A stretch of 64,000 nucleotides of DNA from an uncultured Pelagibacteraceae bacterium. GTDB taxonomy: Bacteria > Pseudomonadota > Alphaproteobacteria > Pelagibacterales > AG-422-B15. The position numbers and the translations under genes were made by a program. Of the stretch, positions 54,843 through 64,000 are shown piece by piece. The notes beneath the pieces were generated by a model. That model did no database searches. It saw only the letters and a list, made by a program, of their open reading frames with translations, and was not told the origin of the DNA. Location: positions 160,238 to 224,237 of the forward strand of contig CACNXQ010000001.1 of the NCBI GenBank assembly GCA_902624455.1. Direction: 5' to 3'. Each line of letters starts with the position of its first letter. The stretch's first letter is position 1.

Positions 54843-56198
54843 ATGAAACAACTTTACGACAAAGCTATCTATGATTTTGACAATCCTGTATCAAGCTATT
54901 GGGAAGAAATAAGTCATCCAGATCAAAACTCATATCCAAAATTAAAAGGAGATCAACAATGTGATATTGCTGTCATAGGCGGTGGTTTCACTGGCTTATC
55001 AACTGCATATCATTTAGCAAAACTCTACCAAAGAGATGTAAGATTACTAGAAGCTGGTCATGTTGGTTGGGCTTCCTCAGGTCGTAATGCAGGGTTTGTT
55101 TGTTTACCCGCAACAAAGCTTTCAATTCAAACTCTATTTAAAAGATATGGAATTGATGAAACTAAAAAGTTCTTTGCATCACAAGTTGAGGGCATGGATA
55201 TATTAGATTCAATTATTAAAGATCATAGCATTGAATGTGAGCAAATTGGAGATGGGAATTTAGATGTTGCTCATAGTCCCCATAGTTGTGATGGCTTGAA
55301 AGAATGGGGAAATGATTTAAAAAAATATTTTGGCATTAATACTCGTTGGATTCCAAAAGAAGAGTTTGATGAGTCAGGTCATCAATCTACAGAACAATTT
55401 GGAGCCGTTTTTATGGAGTCAGGTTTTGCTATGAACCCTCTTGCATTTCTTGGAGGATTTGCGAAGGCAACTGTAGAGGCAGGAGCGGTATTACATGGAC
55501 ATTCAAGGGTTAAAAAATGGGAAAGAAATGGCAAACATAGATTAATAACTGATGAAGGTTCATTGACAGCAAACCAAGTTGTGGTTGCAACAAATGGTTA
55601 CACTGATGAGTCGCTACACCAGAGTTTTGCTAACCGTATGGTGCCTGTTTTATCAAACATAATTGTTACAAGGGAGATGAGCGAAGATGAATTTAATCTT
55701 CAAAATTATAAAACTTTAAACCCTATTTGTAATAGTAGGGAAATACTCTATTACTATAGAAGAATGCCATCAAATAGAATGCTCTTTGGAACTAGAGGAG
55801 ATACTTACGGTGATGATCAAAGTGCAAATAAAATGAAGGATTATATGACTCAGAAATTTAGAGGTGTATTTCCTTCTTGGAATGATGTTGAAATTTCACA
55901 TTATTGGCGCGGTACGGTTGTTATGAATAGAGATCTAACTCCAGCATTTGGAAGTTTAGATGATGATCAAACTGTCCACTTCTCATATGGCTATTCAGCA
56001 AATGGAAACAATACAACAATTTATTGTGGTAAAAAGCTTGCTGAAATGATTTGTGAGTCAAACAGTGGTTCAACAAATATATCAGAGATATATAGAGGTT
56101 TATCACCTAAAATACCTTTTCCATTTCTCAGACTTTGGTACCTGAGGTTGTACCTTTGGTATTCAAAACTTCGGGATAAAAATAAAAAAGAATTATAA
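54843..56198 (+). CDS. FAD-dependent amine oxidoreductase (PuuB/DadA-like)
   Basis: SYW, IGGGFTGLS, GWASSGRNAG, VVATNGY, YYYR, GYS.NG. Confidence 0.85.
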   Translation: MKQLYDKAIYDFDNPVSSYWEEISHPDQNSYPKLKGDQQCDIAVIGGGFTGLSTAYHLAKLYQRDVRLLEAGHVGWASSGRNAGFVCLPATKLSIQTLFKRYGIDETKKFFASQVEGMDILDSIIKDHSIECEQIGDGNLDVAHSPHSCDGLKEWGNDLKKYFGINTRWIPKEEFDESGHQSTEQFGAVFMESGFAMNPLAFLGGFAKATVEAGAVLHGHSRVKKWERNGKHRLITDEGSLTANQVVVATNGYTDESLHQSFANRMVPVLSNIIVTREMSEDEFNLQNYKTLNPICNSREILYYYRRMPSNRMLFGTRGDTYGDDQSANKMKDYMTQKFRGVFPSWNDVEISHYWRGTVVMNRDLTPAFGSLDDDQTVHFSYGYSANGNNTTIYCGKKLAEMICESNSGSTNISEIYRGLSPKIPFPFLRLWYLRLYLWYSKLRDKNKKEL

Positions 56199-56199
56199 T

Positions 56200-56228
56200 T
56201 TGCAACCCATAGTTAGATAACATACTAT
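56200..56228 (+). promoter_or_regulatory. putative leaderless promoter TTGCAA-N17-TACTAT for the ABC permease genes
   Basis: -10 ends 7 nt before ATG 56236; no SD present. Confidence 0.55.
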
Positions 56229-56235
56229 TTTTTGG

Positions 56236-57129
56236 ATGATTAATTGGTGGAATAGTCTTTATTCAAGAAGTGATAATGCAAAAGCTTACGTATTATTATC
56301 CCCTGCTCTAATTCTTGTAATACTTGGTATGGCCGTCCCATTATTGGCGGTATTTTCTGTAAGCTTTACTACTCAAGCATCATTTGAGATTGACTATACC
56401 CCAACTTTTGATCGCTATATTGAGTTCATGGATACGAGTTCTAGAACAGGAAACGTATTAACAACTTTGCTGGGTCGCTCTATATCTATTTCCTTTTTAG
56501 TTGCCTTTTTTACACTTATCACAACCTACCCTGTTGCATACTATGTCGCATTTTATGTGAAGAAGAACAAAATGCTGTGGTTAGTATTAATGACTTTACC
56601 TTTTTGGACTTCATATTTACTCAGAGTGTTTGCATGGAAATTAATTCTAGGCCACAAAGGAGTCATAAATGCAAGCTTAATGACTGTAGGGTTCATTGAT
56701 GAGCCTCTTGGATTTCTTATGTACAGTCAAACAGCAGTTGTCATTACTCTTGCGCATGCCTGGGCAGCTTTTGCATTGCTGCCTCTCTATGTAAGTTTAG
56801 AAAAAATTGATTATTCTCTCATAGAAGCATCGCACGATCTTGGATGCACAAAATTTGAAACATTCTGGAGAGTTGTGTGGCCATTAAGTTTACCGGGTGT
56901 AATAGGAGCTGTTCTGATTATTTTTATTCCCACTGTTGGTGATTATGTAACGCCAGCTTTAGTTGGAGGCACTGAAGGTAGGATGTTATCTAATATGATA
57001 CAAACTTATTTTGGTCGGGCTAATAATTTTCCATTAGGTGCGGCTTCAGCTGTAATCATGTTGATTAGTGTCGCATTGGTTACAATTGCTGTAAATGTAG
57101 TAACAAAAAGACTAACGCAGAGGTTATAG
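56236..57129 (+). CDS. polyamine-type ABC transporter permease (PotB/PotH-like)
   Basis: YPVAY, PFWTSYLLR, EAS.DLG (EAA loop), P.SLPG, P.LVGG. Confidence 0.9.
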   Translation: MINWWNSLYSRSDNAKAYVLLSPALILVILGMAVPLLAVFSVSFTTQASFEIDYTPTFDRYIEFMDTSSRTGNVLTTLLGRSISISFLVAFFTLITTYPVAYYVAFYVKKNKMLWLVLMTLPFWTSYLLRVFAWKLILGHKGVINASLMTVGFIDEPLGFLMYSQTAVVITLAHAWAAFALLPLYVSLEKIDYSLIEASHDLGCTKFETFWRVVWPLSLPGVIGAVLIIFIPTVGDYVTPALVGGTEGRMLSNMIQTYFGRANNFPLGAASAVIMLISVALVTIAVNVVTKRLTQRL

Positions 57130-57132
57130 AAA

Positions 57133-57945
57133 ATGAAACTTAACGAAAATAGAACATTATATATTTACGTTCTTATTTATTTTGGTTTTCTTTATATACC
57201 AGTAATGTTCCTTCCTATATTTTCTTTCAATCAAGGAATTCATATGGCATTTCCATTGCAGGGATTTTCAACTGAGCATTACGAGGATATGTGGAATTCA
57301 CCGAAATTGTTTGATGCATTATGGAATAGTATTTATGTAGGAGTTGTCTCAAGTTTAATGGCAACAATGCTCGCTTTTTTTGCAGCAAAAGCGTTTACAA
57401 AGTATAAGTTTCGCGGCCAAGCTTTGTCATATGGTGCTATTCTTACGCCCTTCTTAATTCCTGAAATTATTCTTGCAATTGCTCTATTGGTTATATGGGT
57501 ATCTGTTGGACTACCTCTAGGACTTACACCCATAATTATTGGTCATGTTCTTTTTTGTACTCCTTTTTGCATGATTATACTTATCGCAAGAATGGAGGGG
57601 TTTGATAATAATCTTGAGGAAGCATCGAGAGATCTGGGAGAAGGAGTATTCATGACGTTTTGGAGGGTTTCATTCCCAATTTTACTTCCAGGTTTAATTG
57701 CTGCTTTTCTTCTTGGCTTTATAATTTCATTTGACGAATTTTTATTAGCAATGTTCCTTCAGGGCTCAGACCAAACATTGCCTATATATATGTGGGGACA
57801 ATTGAGATTTGCTAGAAGGTTGCCACATGTATTGGCGCTTGGTGCAGTAATTATAGTTGCCACTAGCCTTGTTGTAATGTTAGCTTATTGGCTCAGGAAC
57901 GTAGGACAACCTCAGGAGAAGCAAGATTTAACATTTAAAATATAA
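57133..57945 (+). CDS. polyamine-type ABC transporter permease (PotC/PotI-like)
   Basis: FLYIP, FSFN, EEASRDLG, SFDEF, TLP. Confidence 0.9.
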   Translation: MKLNENRTLYIYVLIYFGFLYIPVMFLPIFSFNQGIHMAFPLQGFSTEHYEDMWNSPKLFDALWNSIYVGVVSSLMATMLAFFAAKAFTKYKFRGQALSYGAILTPFLIPEIILAIALLVIWVSVGLPLGLTPIIIGHVLFCTPFCMIILIARMEGFDNNLEEASRDLGEGVFMTFWRVSFPILLPGLIAAFLLGFIISFDEFLLAMFLQGSDQTLPIYMWGQLRFARRLPHVLALGAVIIVATSLVVMLAYWLRNVGQPQEKQDLTFKI

Positions 57946-59030
57946 TGAGCGAAAATTTTATAGATATCAGAAATATTTCTAGACATTTTGGAACAGTTAA
58001 AGCTGTTGATGATGTTTCCTTTTCTATTAAACAGGGTGAGTTTTTTAGTCTTTTGGGACCGAGTGGATGCGGTAAAACGACATTGCTCCGTTTACTAGCA
58101 GGATTTGAATCTGCAAATCAAGGTGAAATTTTTATTGATGGTGTTGACGTTACCACAATGCCTCCAAACTTGAGACCAACTAATATGGTTTTTCAAAATT
58201 ATGCAATTTTTCCACATATAAATGTAAAAAAGAACATCGAATTTGGAATGAGAAAGGAAAAACTCTCAAAGCAAGAACTTGAAAATAGAGTTCAAGAGGT
58301 TTTATCGTTGGTTAAACTAGAAGGTTACGAAGAAAGATTTTCTAATCAGCTTTCTGGAGGTCAAAGACAAAGAATTGCATTAGCAAGAGCGCTTATTAAA
58401 AGACCAAAAGTTTTACTACTAGATGAACCTTTGGGCGCACTCGATAAAAAATTAAGAGATGAAATGCAGATTGAATTAAGAAATCTTCAAAAAGCCGTAG
58501 GTATTACATTTGTTTTCGTTACACACGATCAAAGTGAGTCAATCAGTATGTCAGATAGAGTTGCAGTTATGAATGAAGGTCAAATTCAACAAATATCAGA
58601 TCCACATGATCTATATTATAATCCACAAAATATATTTGTAAGTGATTTCATAGGAACAACTAATTTTTTATCTTCATCTACAGGAAGCAGTAATGGAGAA
58701 AATATTATGGTTAAAATTGATCAAATTGGCGAATTTAGTATCAAGAATAAACTGAATATACCTGAAAATGATAACGAAACAGTAGTTTCTATAAGACCTG
58801 AAGCTATTGTCTTATCTCCATCTCCGATTGACAAAGGAGATATTGTAATGGAGGGAACAATTGAAAATTCCTCTTATTATGGAGAATTAACAAGTTTTTA
58901 CGTAAGAGTTCAGGGTGCTGAAAATCCACTTATTGCGTCCTCACAACGGTTTGATAATAATTCATTTGAAGGAAACAAGTGTTACTTATCTATTAATTTT
59001 GAGGATATAAACCTGCTAAAAAAAGAATAG
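57945..59030 (+). CDS. polyamine-type ABC transporter ATPase (PotA/PotG-like)
   Basis: GPSGCGKTT, VFQNYA, LSGGQ, LLLDEPLGALD, VTHDQ, TOBE-like C-terminus. Confidence 0.93.
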   Translation: MSENFIDIRNISRHFGTVKAVDDVSFSIKQGEFFSLLGPSGCGKTTLLRLLAGFESANQGEIFIDGVDVTTMPPNLRPTNMVFQNYAIFPHINVKKNIEFGMRKEKLSKQELENRVQEVLSLVKLEGYEERFSNQLSGGQRQRIALARALIKRPKVLLLDEPLGALDKKLRDEMQIELRNLQKAVGITFVFVTHDQSESISMSDRVAVMNEGQIQQISDPHDLYYNPQNIFVSDFIGTTNFLSSSTGSSNGENIMVKIDQIGEFSIKNKLNIPENDNETVVSIRPEAIVLSPSPIDKGDIVMEGTIENSSYYGELTSFYVRVQGAENPLIASSQRFDNNSFEGNKCYLSINFEDINLLKKE

Positions 59031-59052
59031 CCTGCCAATAAATGACAGGCTA
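59016..59052 (-). terminator. intrinsic terminator of the substrate-binding protein gene
   Basis: Minus strand TAGCCTGTCA-TTTAT-TGGCAGGCTA hairpin followed by TTCTTTTTTT. Confidence 0.7.
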
Positions 59053-59076
59053 CTCAAAAAAGTTAATTAATTTTTT

Positions 59077-60192
59077 TTAAACAACTCCTGCAGACCATTC
59101 AGCCCATCGAGCTTCAATATAGTCTGTTACTTCAGGTTTTGCTTCATTACTGAAGTTACCATTCTGTAAGTGAGTCATTGGATCTAATGCAAGTCCACGT
59201 TCAATCTTATCCGCTTCTGAAATTGCATCGTATCCAACTTTATTTACATGGCCGTATCCATATTCTAAAAGCATAAATGCAGAACATTCTGGAGATTGCG
59301 CAGCATTAATTACTTCGTATGCAACATCTAAATTTGCTCCTTTAGGAATACAGAAACCACACATCCAAGTTAAGCTACCTTCTTTTGGAGAGATCATTGG
59401 GAAACCAGTGTTCCATGAACTTTCATTCCATACGACTGCAGCATGAACTTCTTCAGACATCATTGCTTCTTCAAGAGAAGTTGGGTCTGGACTAAGAAGT
59501 CTTATGTTTGGTCTTAATTTTTCCATAGGACCATCAAATAAACGATCAACGTCCTCAATGGTTAAATCTTCCATTTTTGTAACATCGATCCCCATTCCAA
59601 TCATGATCAAGTATAAAGAGTCTGCAGCACTATCAAGCATTGCAACTTTACCCTCTAGTCTTTTATCAAACAACATCATGATTGTTTCTTTACCTGGATC
59701 AGTATTTATCCAAGGTTGTGCATCTTTGTTTACTATTATTGAAGTATCTCCAAATTCACATGGTGCAAACCAGTGCTGGTCTTTAAAGTATGTTGTAGGC
59801 ATTTTCTTAGAGTCTTCGAATAAATTATTCCAGTGAACACATCTTGATGTATCAATTGGCTGTATAATATCAGCTCTATGCCATCTAAATGGATCTGCAT
59901 TACATGGGTGTGCAGTATCACACTGGAATCCAGCCCTTATTTTTTGAAGCATTGACTCTGAATCATCAGCTACAGTAAACTCTAATCTATCAGGATCCAT
60001 TCCTGGATACATGTCAGGTATATCGTATCCTGACCAAGTTAATACTCTTGCGTTATCTGCAGCAAAAGCACTGTTTGCGCCGAATTGAGTAGTTGCTACT
60101 AGACCTGCAGCTCCCATCGCCTTCATAAGCTGACGTCTATTAAGCTTCCTGCCCATAATTTGTTTAGCTATATTGCTTTTTGGTTTAGACAT
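59077..60192 (-). CDS. PotD/PotF-like periplasmic binding protein with Tat signal
   Basis: NRRQLMK Tat motif, LTWSGY, IQPIDTS, PKEG..W..G; GAAGGGGAG SD. Confidence 0.87.
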   Translation of the reverse strand: MSKPKSNIAKQIMGRKLNRRQLMKAMGAAGLVATTQFGANSAFAADNARVLTWSGYDIPDMYPGMDPDRLEFTVADDSESMLQKIRAGFQCDTAHPCNADPFRWHRADIIQPIDTSRCVHWNNLFEDSKKMPTTYFKDQHWFAPCEFGDTSIIVNKDAQPWINTDPGKETIMMLFDKRLEGKVAMLDSAADSLYLIMIGMGIDVTKMEDLTIEDVDRLFDGPMEKLRPNIRLLSPDPTSLEEAMMSEEVHAAVVWNESSWNTGFPMISPKEGSLTWMCGFCIPKGANLDVAYEVINAAQSPECSAFMLLEYGYGHVNKVGYDAISEADKIERGLALDPMTHLQNGNFSNEAKPEVTDYIEARWAEWSAGVV

Positions 60193-60234
60193 AATGACTA
60201 ACTCCCCTTCATATTTATTAATTAACTATAAAAA

Positions 60235-60262
60235 ATTGTACACCTATGTGGGACTTGGTCAA
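60235..60262 (-). promoter_or_regulatory. putative promoter TTGACC-N16-TACAAT for the binding-protein gene
   Basis: Reverse complement of 60235-60262 reads TTGACCAAGTCCCACATAGGTGTACAAT. Confidence 0.55.
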
Positions 60263-60269
60263 TATATTA

Positions 60270-61766
60270 TCAGCCAATTAAAGGCCATTTTTCCTTACTA
60301 TTTAACCATGGATCGAGTTTTTCAAAATTATAACCACCTTGAAAGACTTTTTCGTCACAAAAAGCTTTGGAAACTATTTGAATTCCTGTTGGAACACCTA
60401 AGTTTGAAAAGCCAGAGGGTACAGCTAAAACTGGAAGTCTGCCTAGAATATTGAAGGGATAGCTCATACACCAAGATACATCGGGTCCTTCCTGTACCTT
60501 ATTATTAATAATTACTTTATCTTTTTTTAGATCCATATCTGCTTTTACAGACGGCAAACAATTCGTAGGACAAACTAATATATCATATTCCTCAAGAATC
60601 GGCGAAATCTCCAAATACATTTCACCTGCAACATTCGCACAGTCACGCGATGTATACCCCAAGTAGGCACCCAGTTCATCAGAGTAGATTTTTTTATCTT
60701 CAGCAATCGCCTTAAAATGTAAATCTGATAATTTTGCATACATTTGTGCATATTCAGTCATTTCTTGCCTTTCATCTTCTGGTACTTCAGCGAGAGTTCT
60801 AAAAAATGCTCCGCCGGCATAATGACTGTAACAAGTAGAGTCAACCTCCTCTTTTTTCCAATTGAGTTTTATTTCATTAACACTAGCTCCCAAAGTTTTA
60901 AATTTTTCGACTGCTTCAAGTGTATTTTTCTCAACTGTTTCATCAACTTCGAAAAAACCCAAATCAAGTGAGTATGCTATTTTCCAACCCTTTATATTTT
61001 CATAATCAAGGGAAAGTGTTTTTTTTGGACTTATTGTTGTTATATCATTTGGGTGTGGTCCACACATTACATTCTGCATTAGCGCACAGTCAGACACAGT
61101 TCTAGCCATTGGTCCAACTACGCAGTAATGATCAAGATTAAATGGATGAGCAATTGGATTCCTCCCATACGGTGGTTTGTAGCCAACAATACCACATGCA
61201 GATGCAGGTATTCTTATTGATCCACCGATATCACTTCCAGTTGCAATTGTAGTCATTCCAGCTGCTAAAGATGCTCCACTACCACCAGAAGATCCTCCCG
61301 GTGAAAAATTTAAATTCCATGGATTCTTGCTAACACCGTTTAATATTGAATGAGTAAATGACGTTAAGGAAAATTCAGGACATGTAGATCTTGCATGGAT
61401 AATAGCGCCAGAGTTAACTATTCTTTCAACATCAATATCGGTATGTCTTGATAAATTATTTTTAAACATCTGTGATCCCATTGTGTTTATCTGTCCATCT
61501 ATCGAAACTTCGTCTTTAATTGCTGTCGGCAAACCATCAAGAGGCAACGTTAATGCATCACTAAAATATTTATCTTCAGACTTTTTTGCTTCTTTTAATG
61601 CTTTTTCAAAATATAATTGATTGAACGCATTAATCTCGGAATTGATGCTTTCAATTCTTTTTATTATTTCCTGTAATAATTCAACGGGGGAGATTGATTT
61701 ATTCTTGAACTTTTTTATTGCCTCATTAGCTGAAAGGTAACAAATCTCTAAGTCTGCAGTATTCAT
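60270..61766 (-). CDS. amidase signature family enzyme
   Basis: AIKD (Lys), PGGSSGGS, GSDIGGSIRIPAS (Ser-cisSer-Lys triad). Confidence 0.92.
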   Translation of the reverse strand: MNTADLEICYLSANEAIKKFKNKSISPVELLQEIIKRIESINSEINAFNQLYFEKALKEAKKSEDKYFSDALTLPLDGLPTAIKDEVSIDGQINTMGSQMFKNNLSRHTDIDVERIVNSGAIIHARSTCPEFSLTSFTHSILNGVSKNPWNLNFSPGGSSGGSGASLAAGMTTIATGSDIGGSIRIPASACGIVGYKPPYGRNPIAHPFNLDHYCVVGPMARTVSDCALMQNVMCGPHPNDITTISPKKTLSLDYENIKGWKIAYSLDLGFFEVDETVEKNTLEAVEKFKTLGASVNEIKLNWKKEEVDSTCYSHYAGGAFFRTLAEVPEDERQEMTEYAQMYAKLSDLHFKAIAEDKKIYSDELGAYLGYTSRDCANVAGEMYLEISPILEEYDILVCPTNCLPSVKADMDLKKDKVIINNKVQEGPDVSWCMSYPFNILGRLPVLAVPSGFSNLGVPTGIQIVSKAFCDEKVFQGGYNFEKLDPWLNSKEKWPLIG

Positions 61767-61830
61767 ATGTTTTCACTTAATTATTTTATTTTAATTTATC
61801 AATTAATTAAATATATTAAAATCACAGTTT

Positions 61831-62925
61831 ATGAATATTAATAGTCAATTAAAAAATATTATAACTTCACAGAAAGTCGATGAAGGTTTCCATCAGTTAT
61901 TTTTTACTGATGAAAATCTATTTAAATTAAGTTTTGAAGCTATTTTTAAGAAACAATGGGTATTTATTACTCATTATTCTCATTTTTATGACAATGATGA
62001 ATTCATTTATAATTTAACTGATGGTTATGTTATTGTAAAAAAAATTGGTGATAAGTTAGAAGCGTCTCATTCAAATAATACAACAACTTGTCACACTAAA
62101 ATTTTTGAACATTTAGTTTTTATAAACTTATCAGAAAACCCGTATGATTTTGAAGAGTTTATTAAGCCTCTAGAGCCATATATAAAAATGCACGGTTTAA
62201 AAAAAGGCAAAATTGCCTTTCAAAAAGACTACGTATTCAATGCATCTCATCTTGCCACAATCCAGAATTTCAAAGAATGTAATCATTGCTGGGGAGGAGA
62301 ATTTTCTCATAAAGATTATTTAGATGTTCATGGATCAACTTATTGTAATTCTTACGGGGCTGGTGTTGGATCCGGTATTGAGTCTGAAGAATTTAATGAA
62401 CGATTAGAAAAGTGGACACAGGATACAAGAAATAAAGGTTTGTTTGTTGATGAATTTTCTGAGAATGATCCAAAGTTTTTTCGTGTTGCTGAAAGAACAC
62501 CACTAAAAGAAGGAATACTTTCTGAAACAAGGGACGGATCATATAGTTGCACGTCTCTGATGGGAGATTTCAAAAAGTTCGGAGCTGACGGGGGCTATAC
62601 TGCTGTTGGGTTTTCGCCATTTAATAGTTTTGTGGCGAATAATGAGTTCTCTATTTTGTTTGTATTTTCACCAATATCCAAAAATAAAACAATCGTTACG
62701 CAAATGTGGGTAACAGATGTTGAAGCTGAATGTGATATCGATAAAATGATATTTCTTTGGGACAGGACAACCTTGGAAGATTCTCAATTATGTGAGATGA
62801 ATCAAAAAGGAATTGAAAGTATCGCATATTCAGAAGGTGTATATGGAAGTCTTGAAAAATCTTTAATACTGTACCAAAAATTTTATTTGGACCATTTACA
62901 AGATCACATAAGAAGCCGGGCTTAA
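61831..62925 (+). CDS. ring-hydroxylating oxygenase alpha-subunit homolog lacking the Rieske cluster segment
   Basis: Aligns with 53520-54764 (FKKQW, CH.KI.E.L.FINLS, NF.EC.HC, GAGV, RTP, SLMG.F, DGG, WD.TT..D, NQKG) but has no CxH...CxxH. Confidence 0.8.
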   Translation: MNINSQLKNIITSQKVDEGFHQLFFTDENLFKLSFEAIFKKQWVFITHYSHFYDNDEFIYNLTDGYVIVKKIGDKLEASHSNNTTTCHTKIFEHLVFINLSENPYDFEEFIKPLEPYIKMHGLKKGKIAFQKDYVFNASHLATIQNFKECNHCWGGEFSHKDYLDVHGSTYCNSYGAGVGSGIESEEFNERLEKWTQDTRNKGLFVDEFSENDPKFFRVAERTPLKEGILSETRDGSYSCTSLMGDFKKFGADGGYTAVGFSPFNSFVANNEFSILFVFSPISKNKTIVTQMWVTDVEAECDIDKMIFLWDRTTLEDSQLCEMNQKGIESIAYSEGVYGSLEKSLILYQKFYLDHLQDHIRSRA

Positions 62926-62940
62926 AACATTTTTTCACCA

Positions 62941-64000
62941 ATGGATACAGCAAAAATCAGTGAACTAGATCAAGCTTTACGTAAGTATAAAAACATAAAA
63001 TATGTAGACGCCATTTTTACAGATCTTTGTGGGTATATTAGGGGAAAAAGGTTTCCAGTTAATGAGGCTGATAAAATTTTCACTGATGGAGTATTATTAC
63101 CTTTCTCAGCATTTTATTTAGATGTTTTAGGAGGTGTAACAAATACTCTAAATCTTGGATTTACAGATGGTGACCCTGATGGTGTACTTGTTCCAATAAA
63201 TGACACTTTAAAAATAGTACCATGGGATAAAAAAGTTCTTCAAGTTCTCATTTCCATGAGAAGCTACCAAGAAAAGTGGGGGGTTATTAAAAAACCAGCT
63301 GAAGTTGATCCAAGAAATATTTTAAAAAAAATAATAAAAAAATTTGATGGTACTGGATTAAAGCCTGTAGTAGCTATTGAGCTCGAATTTTACTTACTCG
63401 ATAAAAAAAGAAACAAAGAAGGCAAACCTGTTCCTGCTAAAGGTGTCAGTAAAACAAATGTATATGGAATACCTGACCTTGATATATTTGGCAGGCTTTT
63501 TGATGAAATTAATGAAAATTGTAAAAAACAAGGTATACCAGCTACGACTGCATCAAGTGAATTTGCAGCTGGACAATATGAAATAAATTTAAAACATACT
63601 GAAAACTTATTAAAGGCAGCAGATGACGCTGCCTTACTTAGAAGGATTATAAAAGAAACGAGTGCAAAACACGGTTATGAAGCTACATTTATGGCAAAAC
63701 CATTTTTGGACGAAACAGGAAGTGGCATGCACCTTCATGTTTCTGTTTATGATCAAAAAGGAAAAAATATATTTGCCTCACCTAATAGATATGGAAATAG
63801 TAAACTGAAGAATGCTATAGCGGGATTACAATCAAATTTTTATGACAGCTTTCCGATATTTATACCAAACCAAAACGGATATCGAAGAATACAAACTAGA
63901 AATTTCGTACCGGTAAACACAAGTTGGTCATGGAATAGAAGGGATGCATCCCTTAGAATACCTGCGGGTTCTAAGAATGCTAAAAGAGTAGAGCACAGGG
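62941..64000 (+). CDS. glutamine synthetase family gamma-glutamyl-amine ligase (PuuA/PauA-like), truncated by window end
   Basis: Manual translation MDTAKISE...DLCGYIRGKR, DGDPD, ELEFYL, EFAAGQYEINL, FMAKPF...GSGMHLHVS, SLRIP, RVEHR; no stop before 64000, so absent from the ORF track. Confidence 0.88.
   Translation, partial: MDTAKISELDQALRKYKNIKYVDAIFTDLCGYIRGKRFPVNEADKIFTDGVLLPFSAFYLDVLGGVTNTLNLGFTDGDPDGVLVPINDTLKIVPWDKKVLQVLISMRSYQEKWGVIKKPAEVDPRNILKKIIKKFDGTGLKPVVAIELEFYLLDKKRNKEGKPVPAKGVSKTNVYGIPDLDIFGRLFDEINENCKKQGIPATTASSEFAAGQYEINLKHTENLLKAADDAALLRRIIKETSAKHGYEATFMAKPFLDETGSGMHLHVSVYDQKGKNIFASPNRYGNSKLKNAIAGLQSNFYDSFPIFIPNQNGYRRIQTRNFVPVNTSWSWNRRDASLRIPAGSKNAKRVEHR

Noticed and set aside
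60270-61766. Glu-tRNA amidotransferase gatA
   Set aside because: No gatB/gatC adjacent and it has SDIGGSIRIP rather than the GatA SDTGGSIRQP signature
62941-64000. Housekeeping glnA; also short ORF 63377-63586
   Set aside because: The N-terminus (DLCG..RGKR, DGDPD) and polyamine context fit PuuA-type ligases; the short ORF is an out-of-frame shadow

Overview
Gene-dense, AT-rich, streamlined alphaproteobacterial chromosome segment. A marine SAR11-like or HIMB59/AEGEAN-169-like lifestyle is inferred from composition and gene order, not proven. Bases 1-45 kb are mostly core genes: ccmCDEFGH, ftsY, mtaB, dapF, ffh with its leader RNA, rpsP-rimM-trmD-rplS, leuCDB, asd, sdhCDAB, mmsA, mdh-sucCDAB-lpdA, xerC, tal, priA, atpHAGDC, rppH, ctpA, rlmH and rsfS. 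This part also contains an in-frame fusion of a CitE/Mcl2-like domain to mesaconyl-CoA hydratase (Mch). Bases 47-64 kb form an accessory amine-catabolism island. It holds a BetI-like TetR regulator with two visible ATTGAA-N6-TTCAAT operators, a tandem pair of PYROXD2/phytoene-dehydrogenase-like flavoproteins coupled to a GcvT-like folate enzyme, a class III aminotransferase and a GbcA-like Rieske oxygenase. It continues with a PuuB-like oxidase, a PotABCD-type transporter, an amidase, a second oxygenase paralog that has cleanly lost its Rieske [2Fe-2S] segment, and a PuuA-like glutamine-synthetase homolog running off the window. The best candidates for something new are this putative N-methyl-amine/polyamine demethylation system, the Rieske-less oxygenase and the Mcl2-Mch fusion. 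All family calls come from motif recognition; no database searches were run.
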